Positions 24,966 to 36,840 of a DNA stretch of 64,000 nt are shown one piece after another. Under the pieces are notes generated by a model, which saw nothing but the letters and a program-made list of their open reading frames with translations, was not told where the DNA came from and did not search any database. This stretch comes from Lytechinus pictus (Eukaryota). The stretch lies in the NCBI RefSeq assembly GCF_037042905.1, contig NC_087245.1, positions 9,240,001-9,304,000 on the forward strand. Direction: 5' to 3'. Every line of letters begins with the position of its first letter. The stretch's first letter is position 1. A program made the translations under genes and the position numbers.

Positions 24966-27900
24966 TAGAACGTCTATTGCTACGGCTGTGATGAATATAT
25001 ATACATATTAAAAAAAAGTAAGCAAACCACATCTCTAATAAAAATATTAACAAGTTACAATAAAAAGTCTGATTAGGCATCGATTGCTTGATTTAATGAT
25101 AAGACCCATCGCATATTATGTGAAATGAACATGATTCCCTTAATCATAGCAAAATGAATAAAAACTGTAGGTATCTAAGAGGCTTGATTTTAACTTCTTT
25201 TGATTCATCTGTAATTATATGTCGTTACACCATGAATAAGCTTGCCTTATCCTGATAGAAGTCTTTATGATAATTATATCTTTTCTATCGTTATTGTGTG
25301 ACTGTTTTGTCATTGTCATTTATTAATAGGGCTAATATTGTTCTCAAAATATTTTTTTGATACTATGTCTTTCAGTTAATATCCTGGACATCGAGACAAA
25401 TCGTCTGCACACCATCGAAAATAAAATGATAAAGGGCAACGGCAATAGACGCCAGACCAGTCGCGACAAGGCGTGAGGTAAAGAGAGAATGAAATCTTCT
25501 ACCAATCAAATAGGTTTGATGCCATGATAAATTATGAAAAAGACAATTTCTGACGTGCAATAAACGCCAGAGTGACCCTTCAGAATACACACAATAGTAG
25601 TAGCCGAAAGCCCACCAATTAATATACTTTCTTGTACCATGATGATGTGGTAATGGTTGTGGGGGCGCTACACTCATACAAAAGCTGCCCTTTAGTGACT
25701 CGAATATAGAAGTTAAAAGGAGACAGAGAGACACGGAAAGAAGGAAAGAGAGAAAAGGCTGAAAGGGCTGATATTTAAATGCTCTTGAATAAAAGTTGGG
25801 AAAAATTACGCCTATGGGTGGGACCCTTTCACAATGCCCATTTCCCGGGTCAGTAGAAAAGAAAATAAACAAATAAAATACAAGGGCTCGTGTCCGATTA
25901 AGCGCAACAAGCGGATTTGGTGAAAAGTTTTGAAAGGGGACCCCCAAACACTGACGTGTGCAAACACAAGAAACCATAGTATGCCCTCCACCGAACCAGG
26001 TTCTCAAATAGCAAGGTAAACTTAGAAGGTGGAAAGGTGGTGTTGGTTTTTATTATCGGGAAAGTATTTGAGAAAACCAAGATCAACTGTCCCCCGTTCT
26101 TATCCCCATCTCTCCCCTCCCCCTTGCAATCTTTCTCTATCCCCCTCCACTCCTGCCCCCCCCCCATCCCCCCCCCCCCCCCTCTCTCTCTGCCACTTGT
26201 TGATCTATATAGCCTATCTTTTGTCAGATAACCTGGTATACTATGTAGAGCACTTTAATTTTTTAAGAATATCTGAATCAGATTTCCATATTCCCGAAAA
26301 GTAAAACAATTGAAGCACCGAATTCAATGTTTTTTTTACTTTTCGAGCTATAATTTTTTTTCGATGATTGCATTTACTGTCGTAATTGCAACTTAATTTT
26401 CACATATTTCAGACATTGGAAACAATATTGGCATTATCTGTTTTTTCTTCAGTGTATATCTACCTTTATCCCCAATTGTTCGTGGTGCATTATTTTTCTT
26501 TACTATCGACTATTCATTCTTGGTTGATCAAAATTTCTAATTATTGGCTTTTTTGTCCGACTTCCCTTTGCAGAACGTAACAAGGATACATAATAATATG
26601 CACTAGAGAAATGAATCACACAATATCCATAGCTTTATGCAACACCGTTACAGGGGAGTTTAATTGGGGGTAATGATCGTAGTGCTTCCTATTCTGATTT
26701 AAGACTGCCGATGAATAAACAGTGTAGACGTATTGTAGATGGAATATAATAAAAAGAAAGAAAACTCAGCCTTTATAGAAATGTCCTTTGCCTTTTTCCC
26801 TTTTTATACTGGTATGTTGATGACTAATCGCTGGCTTTTTTAAAGTGAATAACAAAGCAGATGATCAATGCATCAGGAGTGAAGTGAAAAACATGTTTGT
26901 TAATCCCTGCCAACATATTCATCATGTTTTGTTCCGTACGCCTGCATTTTTGTGTTTTCTTTCTTTCCTTTCGTGAAAGAAAAATTGGAGTTCAAGATCG
27001 GTATTTTGTGAAGTGCACTAACCGCCCGGGTACAGCACTTCGAACTCTCCAGTGCCTGTTATCCACAGCTCATCTAAGGGGTTTCTTTTGCGATGTTTTA
27101 ATACAAGTTTTTAAGATTAAATTCATTAAAAGAAAGTTTGATTATTCTTCGTCTATGGGTGTACGGAAGCGGGGGATATTGCCACCCATATCAATGATTC
27201 AAAAGCTTTTTTTGTTGCGAATGATAAAAATTCCACCCAAAGTAAGAACAATATTGTTTAGTTCAGAATAAAAGTTAAAAACGTAAAAAGAAAAACCTGG
27301 TTATCATCTCGGTTGCTTTGCTTCCTTGCTTTGCACTCTTAATGCTTTATATTTTCTTGCCCCTTTGAAGAAAAATCTGCGTAGAGGCGTGTTTTCGTGA
27401 GATCACTTTGTAAATTACAAACAATACTCAGTTACCTGCTTGACTTTCAATATTAGCTTGTCTCTTATAAGCGAAAGTGAGATTTTGTACATGGGGGGGT
27501 TACGATTTAATATTTTACCCGTCTTTCCCTTTTCTAAATATCATTTCATGGTGTTTTATCTCAGTAACTTTTCTCTTTTAATTTTTAACTCAATAACTAT
27601 TCTCTTTTAATAATCTTTTTATACTCGAGTAAAATATGTAACATAAGGGACAGAAAGAAAAAGAAGTAGTTTTCTTGTGTCAATAGACACAATAAAATGC
27701 TTTGTGTATAAAGACAAATGGACAGAGAGAGGGTGCAAAGGAAATAGCTCTTACAGGGCGAAATAAAGATGGAAGAAAGAGGGAGACAGGGGTATGTTGT
27801 GATTTTCTGGATTGTTGAGGGAAGGAAAGGGGGAAAATAGAGCAGAAACCTGAACCGTTGGTGGTATGAAAATAACCCTTGTGGTCCCTCCCCCTGGGCG

Positions 27901-30900
27901 AGAAACTTAGCTTTTCACCCCACACCGTCGCCCTCCCATTCCATTGAAAAAAAAGTTTTGACTCCACGCTGAATAATGCTCCTTCATATTGAGTGAGAAA
28001 AGGGAGAGGGAAAGGGGGAAAAGAAACACGCAAACCACGCACTTTGTGTTCTTAGTTTCCTCGTTCTGTGTATCTATGGTGAAAGGTGCGCGGGGTTGGA
28101 CATACAAAACGTGGGGCAGGCTTTTGTAGTTATTCAGCAGAAAGGTCAGGGAAGGTGAAACCCGTCCCAGACATCACGGAAGAATTGAAAAAAAGGGGGA
28201 GAGGAACTGTGCTGAACAAATGTCAATGACCGTGCGTACAGCGCACTCTTCTGGTTCTATACGAAGAATACTGAGTGCTTTTGACGCATGACGGTATAAT
28301 AATGAGAGTTGAAGTCTCTTTGGGTGTGTGTGGGGGGTGTGTGTGAGGGTGTGTATGTGTGTAAATGTCTTGATGACAGAGCGAAGGCAATGACCTTGTT
28401 CGTAACAATAAAAAAAATGATACAATTAAGCTTTGCTAAAGTCCTTAAATGATTCTTAGTGGGGTTTGGTGGTAGGTGGTTTGAGCCGAGTGTCTCTTAA
28501 CTCAAGAGGGTCTGATTGATTCTGAAGATCAAGAGATTGTCATCTAATGAAGATATTAAAATGGCGATTGTCAAGATGACCCATTCCTGTGGATATCCAA
28601 TGTGTATTTGATCAGCCCTGTGTTCTTTTTACGATATCTAAATAAATTGCTAGCCTGCGTCAACATAATATAAAATAATTATGCTGCCATTTTTATTTGT
28701 CTTTATCAAAATAAGAATACCAGGACAGCATGGCAACTGTAAACACAATATCCTATCCTTTAACATATGGATAATATACATCTAGATTATCATGCAAACC
28801 AAAAGAAATTCGAAAACTGACTTTCGATACCAACATTGAATAAAGAAGAGACATAATATGCTGGATTACTTTAAATTTCTCTCTTATCATCAGTCGTCTT
28901 TTAATACTATAGGGTTAGCAACCCTTAGAATTGATATGCCTCCAAAGTGCATCCCCTCAATTCAAAATGAGGAAGGGGTAAAAAGCTGCACTCCTAAGAA
29001 AAAAGGGGGAATATCGAAATAGTAGGCTGCCCTAAGAAGGTCACTGATCGAGAGGTTATCGATCTCTCTTATTGTAAACTTAGGTCATTAATCTGGGTTG
29101 CAAAGAACTTTATTCTAGCTTCATTAAAAAAACGATTCGCAGGTGGTGATATAGGCCTAAATAAATCAGTCATTACCACTGTAGATTATATCCCAATGTT
29201 GAAACATTGCATACCCCAAAAGTCGTCAGACTATATTTCTATTTCTATTTTTTGATCCCATAGACACTTTGTAGATGTTTTCGTCAATGGAAAGTCAAAT
29301 GTTATTGATGGATCTTTTAATTTCTGAGTACATGTAATGATCTAGAGGCTATTTCACCTCATGACCACCCTTTGCAATATCCCTGGAAGGTCAGACATTA
29401 TTTTGGCGAAGTACAGAAATGAATAAAAAGATAACATCTTTAAAAATTACAGCGCCTAGGCACCAATTCATCATAAAAGATGAAAAAAAAACAAATGAAA
29501 GCCTTAAAGAGAAGTCCAATCACACAATACATGAGTGTTTTATGTTGATATCTGTATTCAATGGATCTGTTTTGCTCACAACTAAATATGTATTTCTGAA
29601 GGGGCAAAATACTTTATTATTTGACAAGAGGTGAATGACCTAGGATACAATTTGGTGGGAGCATGCACAATCAAACGTTAAAGCATGGTTTTCTATTAAG
29701 AGATCCCGATTAGGGTGATGCTGGATAGGATGTTGATGACGTCATAATTGGCGCCTGCTATGAATGAAGGTGCTACGCGCCTTGAATGAATATGAGGGGA
29801 GTTATATGATGCTTGGTGATATCGTTTGACTGGTGTTTATTTGGGCCGCTAAGCAGCATCGATTTTCTATTCATTAGGCACACGCCTTGTGATGTAAGTA
29901 TTACGTTCGAAATGACCGTTGCACCACGTGTCCAAACGGTCGCCATCATTGTAGCCCCTCCCTAGGAAGTGGGTGGGAAAAGGGCCTACAATTTAAGGGT
30001 GGCACGTAATCTTGAAGTACTCCTATTGTTCAATAGGATTCATTTTCCATTCTCTGATTTTATGAACAAAAGCACCCTCCTCGTCGTTTAGGCATAGTGA
30101 CGATTTTAATTTCGAAAACTAAAAAGCGAATTTACTCCGATGTCACAGGTGCGTCACCCTAACGTCACATAATAGAATGAAACCGCCTTGGTTGCTGATA
30201 CTTGGGGGTGTCTTGGGTGACCGTGAGCCGGTTGTAAAGGGACGTTGAGTTGTTAGGGGTCCATTCCATCTCGTTGCTTTGTTCTCTTCACCAGTCCATT
30301 ACACATGCAAACACGCGACATGGGTGCCTTGTTATTGTTTCCCGCAAGCAGGTTTTAACCCTACGAAAGTACTGGGGTTCAAGACCCTCCAAATTAGTTT
30401 AGGGAAAGGGAAAACCTATCGAGATGCTAACCAATTGCCTACTAATTATATAATGTTGAACTCAATCTACAGCCTTCTCCTATTAGCTTACTAAGGCTGC
30501 TTCAGTTCTATCACTTTTTGAGGCGCCAGAGTCCACTGGTAGATCCCCTGATTAAGTAACCCCGATAGAGCGTTTTTAGCTGACTGATAGAAGCTTCTTC
30601 TATTTGGCTTGTAGATGATTTATCGAGCTTAGAGTGGCATTGAAATAAAGTCTAAGTCATGGAAAGGCCAGACATTGATGATTGGGTCTCGACCCATGCT
30701 CACCAGTTGTCCCGTACATATAGTTTGTAAATAAGTTTACAAGTAATTACTGAAGACTTAACTGTATTTGTATTGATCCGTCCTCCAGGAATAACTAGAA
30801 TTTGTCGGTCATGCCGAAAAGGAAGAAATGGATGTATTTCCAAAAGATCCGCACGGCCCATGTTAAACAAATAATGCATTTTAGCTAATCAAAGAAAAAA

Positions 30901-31239
30901 AATGTGGTGGTGTTTAGTTAGAACAAAAATACATTGCTGCTTAACTTTTACGACTTGAATAAGCATAGTCAATAGGATTCTCAGTCATCAAAATGTCTAA
31001 AATATGCTTTAAAATAACTTGTAAGTTATCATTGCCGATTTATCTCCAGTCGTTATTTGTTAATTAAGGAACAAAATTACCGGGCAACCTTTTCACTCAC
31101 CTTGGTCTAATGCAGAGTAGTACGATACCTTTATGAAGAAATCCTATGATTGAATATTCGAATGATTTAAGTAAAGGCTTTAATGGTTCGCCGGATGTTC
31201 AAACATGCAGAATATACATGAACATCCGTAATGTGCAGA

Positions 31240-31625
31240 TGCGCGTGGATTGGTGTGGGTTCCTGGGCGCGCGGTGTGTGTAGATTACATAGGTTGGATT
31301 CGTGTGGGTGTACTTATGGGTGACTTAGGCATGTTAGGGTAGGTATGTGTGGGAAGGGCTTTATTCGGGTGCTTGGGCACACTTTATGTGTGTGGATGAG
31401 GGTGAGGGTGGGCATGTATCTGTGTGTATTTAGGCGTGGATATTTGGGATTCATGTGAGTAACTGAATGTGATGTGCGTGTGGACTCGTATTGCTAATTT
31501 GGAGTGGTTGTGCATGTGGATTCGCGTTGGTGACTCTGTCTAGGTTTGCTTGCGTGCATTCGTGCTGGTTACTCAAAGCTGTGCGTGTAGTTATGTGCGA
31601 GTGAATTAGTGGTGCGTGCGTGTGA
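31240..31625. repeat. Degenerate (GT)-rich repeat
   Basis: gtgt-rich low-complexity tract. Confidence 0.65.
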
Positions 31626-31639
31626 AAGATGTAGATCAT

Positions 31640-31740
31640 GGGCGCCGTGGCCGAATGGTCTAAGACACCTTAAAAAAACTTGAACTTCTGGGTCCGATCC
31701 CAGCTAGGACATCTTTGCCCTTGGGTAAGGCATTTTGTAA
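31640..31740 (+). mobile_element. Degenerate tRNA-derived SINE 5' part
   Basis: A box TGGCCGAATGG, degenerate B box GGTCCGATCCC, then GCCCTTGGGTAAGGCA; related to the SINE at 50930-51105. Confidence 0.6.
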
Positions 31741-33654
31741 ACTATTATCTTCCAAGTTACAAAAATCAATTGAAATGTTATGGATACATATTATGTTTGC
31801 ACAAGTTGTTTTGTTGTTGTTGTTTTAGGTGGTTAAATTGGCATGATCATCAATACTTGTGTGAGAGGGAGAGGACAAACATCAGTATAGAGATGAGGGA
31901 TTATTAGTGAATAAAAAGGGGTTGTTGAAACAAAAGCTTAGTAAAGATAATGTCTAAAAGAAAATAAGCAAAATAAAGATTGTATGCAATATCTTGAAAA
32001 GAAATCAATGGGTAAGTAGAAGTTGAAGAGTCATAAAATCAAATGTTGAAATCAAATTTGTTGTTAAAGATTTTCTATTGCCATCCCTCCAGATGTTGGA
32101 GTGCATTATTCCTTTTTGTGATGATATGGGATACTTATTACGCTTTTGAAAGTCATCATGAAGACTGATTGTAGCTTCAAAGTCATCATCAAAGTATAAT
32201 TTAGATGCATTGCACTTCTTTCAACACCTACTTTTAAGCTCATATTTTTTCTCATTTTAAGCTCATATTTTTCTCTCAAGGTTTTCAACCTCTTTTTCAT
32301 CTACCCTATCATCCACCGTTGACAATCATAAAACATACTTCCATCTACTTTGCACGGAAACAAATGACCTCCTTCGTTTTATTTGCTGTAATGACCAATT
32401 AAGCATTTTGACAATAGAAACACATGCAGAAAGTTACAATCATCATTTGGTGGTAAATTAGCTCGTTCACGAATAAAAAAACTAATGGTTTCTCCACCTG
32501 AACCAGAAGAGGTCGGACGAAGGTTATCATTTATCATTTTGCTCATCGCTTTCCTAAGTGGTGTGTTCGCGCCATGTACAGCATTGTGAAAACAAACATT
32601 CTCTTGCGTTTAGAGGAATACATAATCCAAGAATGGCTCTCTTTTCCATGTTTTACAACCATGTTCTAGGATTTAGAGTTTACCAATAATTCCAAATGAA
32701 TGTATAGTTATAATTGAATTAATAAATATTTCATGAATTGAGTATGAGTTGTGATGAAAACAAAAATCCTCAATAACCTGATAACTAATGAATCAATGCC
32801 ATTGATATTTAGATAGATGTCGGAAATATGTGGCCGAACAGAATGGTGACATCAATTCAATTAAAATGAATTAATTTTCCACTAATCAATATAAAAAAAA
32901 CACATCAAAATTGCACAATCATCAACCAAAGAACAATGAAACAATAAATGGAAATGCTATACTAAACAACGGTAAACAAAGCACACAACCGTTAACAAAA
33001 TATTGAATACGTGAAGGGACAAACAAAGGCCTAATTTCATTATTCAAAATAATTTAATTTGAACGCATCTGAAAGAAAAAAAAAACACCTTCATGTTGAC
33101 ACAAAGGCCCATTTTTCTATCAAACCTAAGTGCCTGCCATCTCTCACTGAACAAATGTAATGATATTCTTCTTTTTTTTGGTAATAAGCCTTTGATATAC
33201 TTATCGTCAGGGTTTTTCTACTCAATGCCTTAAATCTCATTTCTTATAATACATGTAGTACGTCATTACTTGAATAAACAGAGAAACTAAAATAAAACAT
33301 ATAGTCGCAGAAAATGTTTGAAAAATAGAAGACAATAAATTTGACCCCATTTGTGATCAAGAATATGGAGGAAAGCGGTCAATTCATCTACCAGATCTCG
33401 GGCAAGGTGTCAATATTTTGATTCCAAATTTACAGAGGACTGAGCTAAAGACCTCCTTTAGTAGGTCACATTCACTTTCCCTCAGCCATGATAAAGTGAT
33501 ACTACAGATTACTAGGTCACAATCCCCAATAAAATGAAAACTAATCATTTTATAGTAAGGATAGGAATATAAATAGAGAGTCTTTATTATTTTGGTAAAT
33601 GGTGGTGATTTTTTACCTGATTGCTAAGAAATCGTGAATGCTTGTAAGCAATCA

Positions 33655-33812
33655 ACCAACCAGAGGACCGACGGCCTATGGTCCTCTCCGAGGGACCTGG
33701 TAATAAGGATAAAATGCCTTACCAAAGGACATTAGCACACCTAGTGGGAATCGAACCCGGGGTCACTGGAATCCGAAACCCCCGCTCTACCTACTGAGCT
33801 ATCGCGCCTCCC
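33655..33812 (-). mobile_element. tRNA-derived SINE with a conserved central-domain-like segment
   Basis: Minus-strand A box TAGCTCAGTAGG and B box GGTTCGATTCCC; then GTCCCTCGGAGAGGACCATAGGCCGTCGGTCC, resembling V-type SINE central domains. Confidence 0.75.
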
Positions 33813-34584
33813 ATTTTTATTAATTTTAGCACAGCAACAATATGCTATATGGGGAAAAATAAATGTTCACTTGAAGTGAAAATAAGTAAACTTATTACTT
33901 TAGTATAGGGTAGTAGTGACTTTCGAGGGTGTTTTATTATTTTTAAATGCTTTATTATATGCCTATACAATATAACATCAATTAAATCCGCAAAATAAGG
34001 CCAAAATCTGATCATTTACTGTAGTTTTTTGTACGTCAGCGATATATACGTTAAAACTACCCAATATTACATAAAAAGAATATATATATATATATGGTAA
34101 AACAGAAAATAAATACCTTGGGGCCCTACTCCTTATTTTTAATAAAACTGTTGGCTTGGGAATTATAAACATGTTTTATTAAGCAGGGGCATGTATACAT
34201 CGCCAAAATTCAAACACAATAAGAGAGAAGTGGGAAAATGCAACAAAGAATATGACCTTCACCATATGCAAAATAATTATGATAAGATATGGAAACGAAT
34301 TCATTGGAAAAACTCCGACCTGAAGTATATCAATAGAAGTCTTGGAGTCTGAAAAGTAAGCATATAGCAAGGAGAGGAGGAGCGATTATAGGAGGGTTGA
34401 CCCCGGGCCATCCCTACCCTCCCTGCTCTAATGGTCACTGCCGGTCAACATGGTCAAGTTGGCCAAAGACAGCGGTATACTACCCCTAACTGATCACTAT
34501 CGCAGATATTTAACAATTACCAATGAAGATTAGAAGTAATAACAACGCTTAATTGCTCTGTTTGTGTGATTTTTCGCCAGTTAT

Positions 34585-34600
34585 TGACCTTCTTTGACCT
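34585..34600 (-). promoter_or_regulatory. Perfect DR4 nuclear-receptor element (AGGTCA-AAGA-AGGTCA)
   Basis: Plus strand TGACCT tctt TGACCT; function untested. Confidence 0.35.
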
Positions 34601-35199
34601 ACATCCCAGTTTCTTGAGAAAATTGGTCTCTCCATCTCCCTGAGGTCGATTGTCGATTATAATTTGGATAACCACTTAGTAGTTTTCTTCACCTAATATA
34701 CCGTTCGTGCTGTAATTACGCTAATGTAGAAAGTCAATCCAATTACCTTTGTTCCTAAGTAACTGACATCAATCACATCTGCATCTATTTTAATCGTCTC
34801 TATCATGTATTCAGTTTATATTATTTCATTCATATTGAGATATCGATCATAATTCAACATTTCTAATATAAATGAAAAAGTAATATCTCAATCGATGAGA
34901 GGTGTCATAGATTAATCAACAATAATTTGGAAAGTCGTAGTCCTACTCAAGTATACAAAAAATGTTTGGTAGTATGAACATAAACTCTCTTATCATTGAA
35001 AAAAAGTATAAATGATGATATATATACGGTTCTCAGTCTGTAAAAATAATAACTTTATGATGGCACTACACCTTAAGATAAAATATTCAATTAAAAAAAT
35101 ATTCATATATTTGAGTGAGATCACGCCTGAAATTAAAGCAAAAGCAACAAAAAAGTGATATAAAACCAGACAAGGAAAAAATTATAGAGAAGAGAGTAA

Positions 35200-36371
35200 A
35201 GCCCCTTTCACAATTGACGTACGACCATTTGCGACCTTTTGGTCGTGCGACAGGCTGCAACAGGCATCAATCGCTAGTCATCTCATAAGATCGCACAGAG
35301 GCTTTCACAGTTGCAACAGCTGTCGTACAACAAAAACAACCAGTAAACCCCGTTGCACGAGTAAGTCGCATATGCTCTTATTGTGCTCGTGCGATCACAT
35401 GCCAGTGTTGCACGAGGGATTGCGAGTGGAACGGTCGCATACATGCGAATGAAACGGTAGTGCAATGTTGTAAGCCGTTGCGATCGGTCTTGCAACAGTC
35501 TTATGGCCCATATTATTATCGCAACCAGTCGCAAGACGGGTCTCGGTACATGTAGGTCGCTTGCACATGTGCAAGTGTTGCACGACCTCCAGTCAAGTAA
35601 ATGCGACTACTTAGTTGTGCCACCTCTCGCACCAAGTCGTACAACGTTGAACAACACTCGCACGATGATCGCCCGACCGATGGTACGACCCCGGGTACGG
35701 CCTGATGCGAGTGAATCGATCGTATTTGATCGCGTTCGGATTTTGAACATGTTCAAAGTTCAGATGTGACCAGTCACGACCACCTCGAGTTCGTGCGACC
35801 GTCTACAACGACTGCGAGTGCTCGCAAGACACCAAGATATCGATCGTGCAACAACAAGAAAAAACTGTTGCAGGCGGTCGTAAACGGGTCGGACGTCAAT
35901 TGTGAAAGGGGCTGAACGGTCGCTTACATGCGAATGCAACGGTAGTGGAATGTAGTAAGCCATACTTTCGATCGGTCTTGCAACAGTCTCATATTATCGC
36001 AACCAGTCGCAAGACAGGTCTCGGTACATGTAGGTCTCCAGCACATGTGCAAGTGTTGTACGACCTCCAGTCGACTAAATGCGACTATACTTAGTTGTGC
36101 CACCTCTCGCACCAAGTCGTACAACGTTGAACACCACTCACACGATGATCGCCCGACCGATGGTACGACCTGTTGCGAGTGAATCAATCGTATTTGATCG
36201 CGTTTGGATTTTGAACATGTTCAAAGTTCAGATGCGACCACCTCGAGTTTGTGCGATCGTCTACAACGACTGCGAGTGCTCGCAAGACACCAAGGGATCG
36301 ATCGTGCAACAACAAGAAAAAACTGTTGCAGGTGGTCGTAAACAGGTCGTACGTCAATTGTGAAAGGGGCT
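35200..36371. mobile_element. PIF/Harbinger-like MITE with a tandemly duplicated right half
   Basis: TIR AGCCCCTTTCACAATTGACGTACGACC at 35200, inverted at ~36345-36371; TAA TSD (35197-35199 and 36372-36374); extra internal right TIR ending at 35913. Confidence 0.88.
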
Positions 36372-36424
36372 TAAGGGAGACGGGTAATTCGCGATAAGGA
36401 ACAGAGCTTTCTTTAGATATGTTA

Positions 36425-36840
36425 AGGCGACCGCACACCTTACGATTGGTCTGCGACCCGATTTCAGAATAAAATGTAGTAGAATTTGATGATAATATTG
36501 AGACTTGGAATATCTTACTGTTTAATGTTCTAAATCATCGTACGAATACCTATGTTAAAATCTGTGACTATGCTATCATCCTTCTTAGAATAAAAGCGAA
36601 TATAATTTTTTAGTCGTAATGACGTCATAGCAGTCGTACGATTGGCTACAATTTGAAACTAATGTGGCCTTTACTCCAAAATAAAGGCTTTTAATCTTTC
36701 AAAATGGATATATTAGTATTCTTTCAATTAATTTTAACCTCAAATAAAATGATATGTTCCATTCACATTTTCAGAAAATGAGTAAAATGCGATTTGTTCC
36801 AAAATCGGATCGCGAACAGTCGTAAGGTGTGCGGTGGCCT
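36425..36840. mobile_element. PIF/Harbinger-like MITE
   Basis: TIRs AGGCGACCGCACACCTTACGA / TCGTAAGGTGTGCGGTGGCCT; TTA TSD on both sides. Confidence 0.85.

Noticed and set aside
25372..26007. 211-aa minus-strand ORF
   Set aside because: Non-ATG start, no domain-like features, and composition typical of non-coding DNA.
35283..36438. Paired similar small ORFs suggesting a duplicated gene
   Set aside because: They come from the duplicated GC-rich MITE interior and have no transposase or other motifs.
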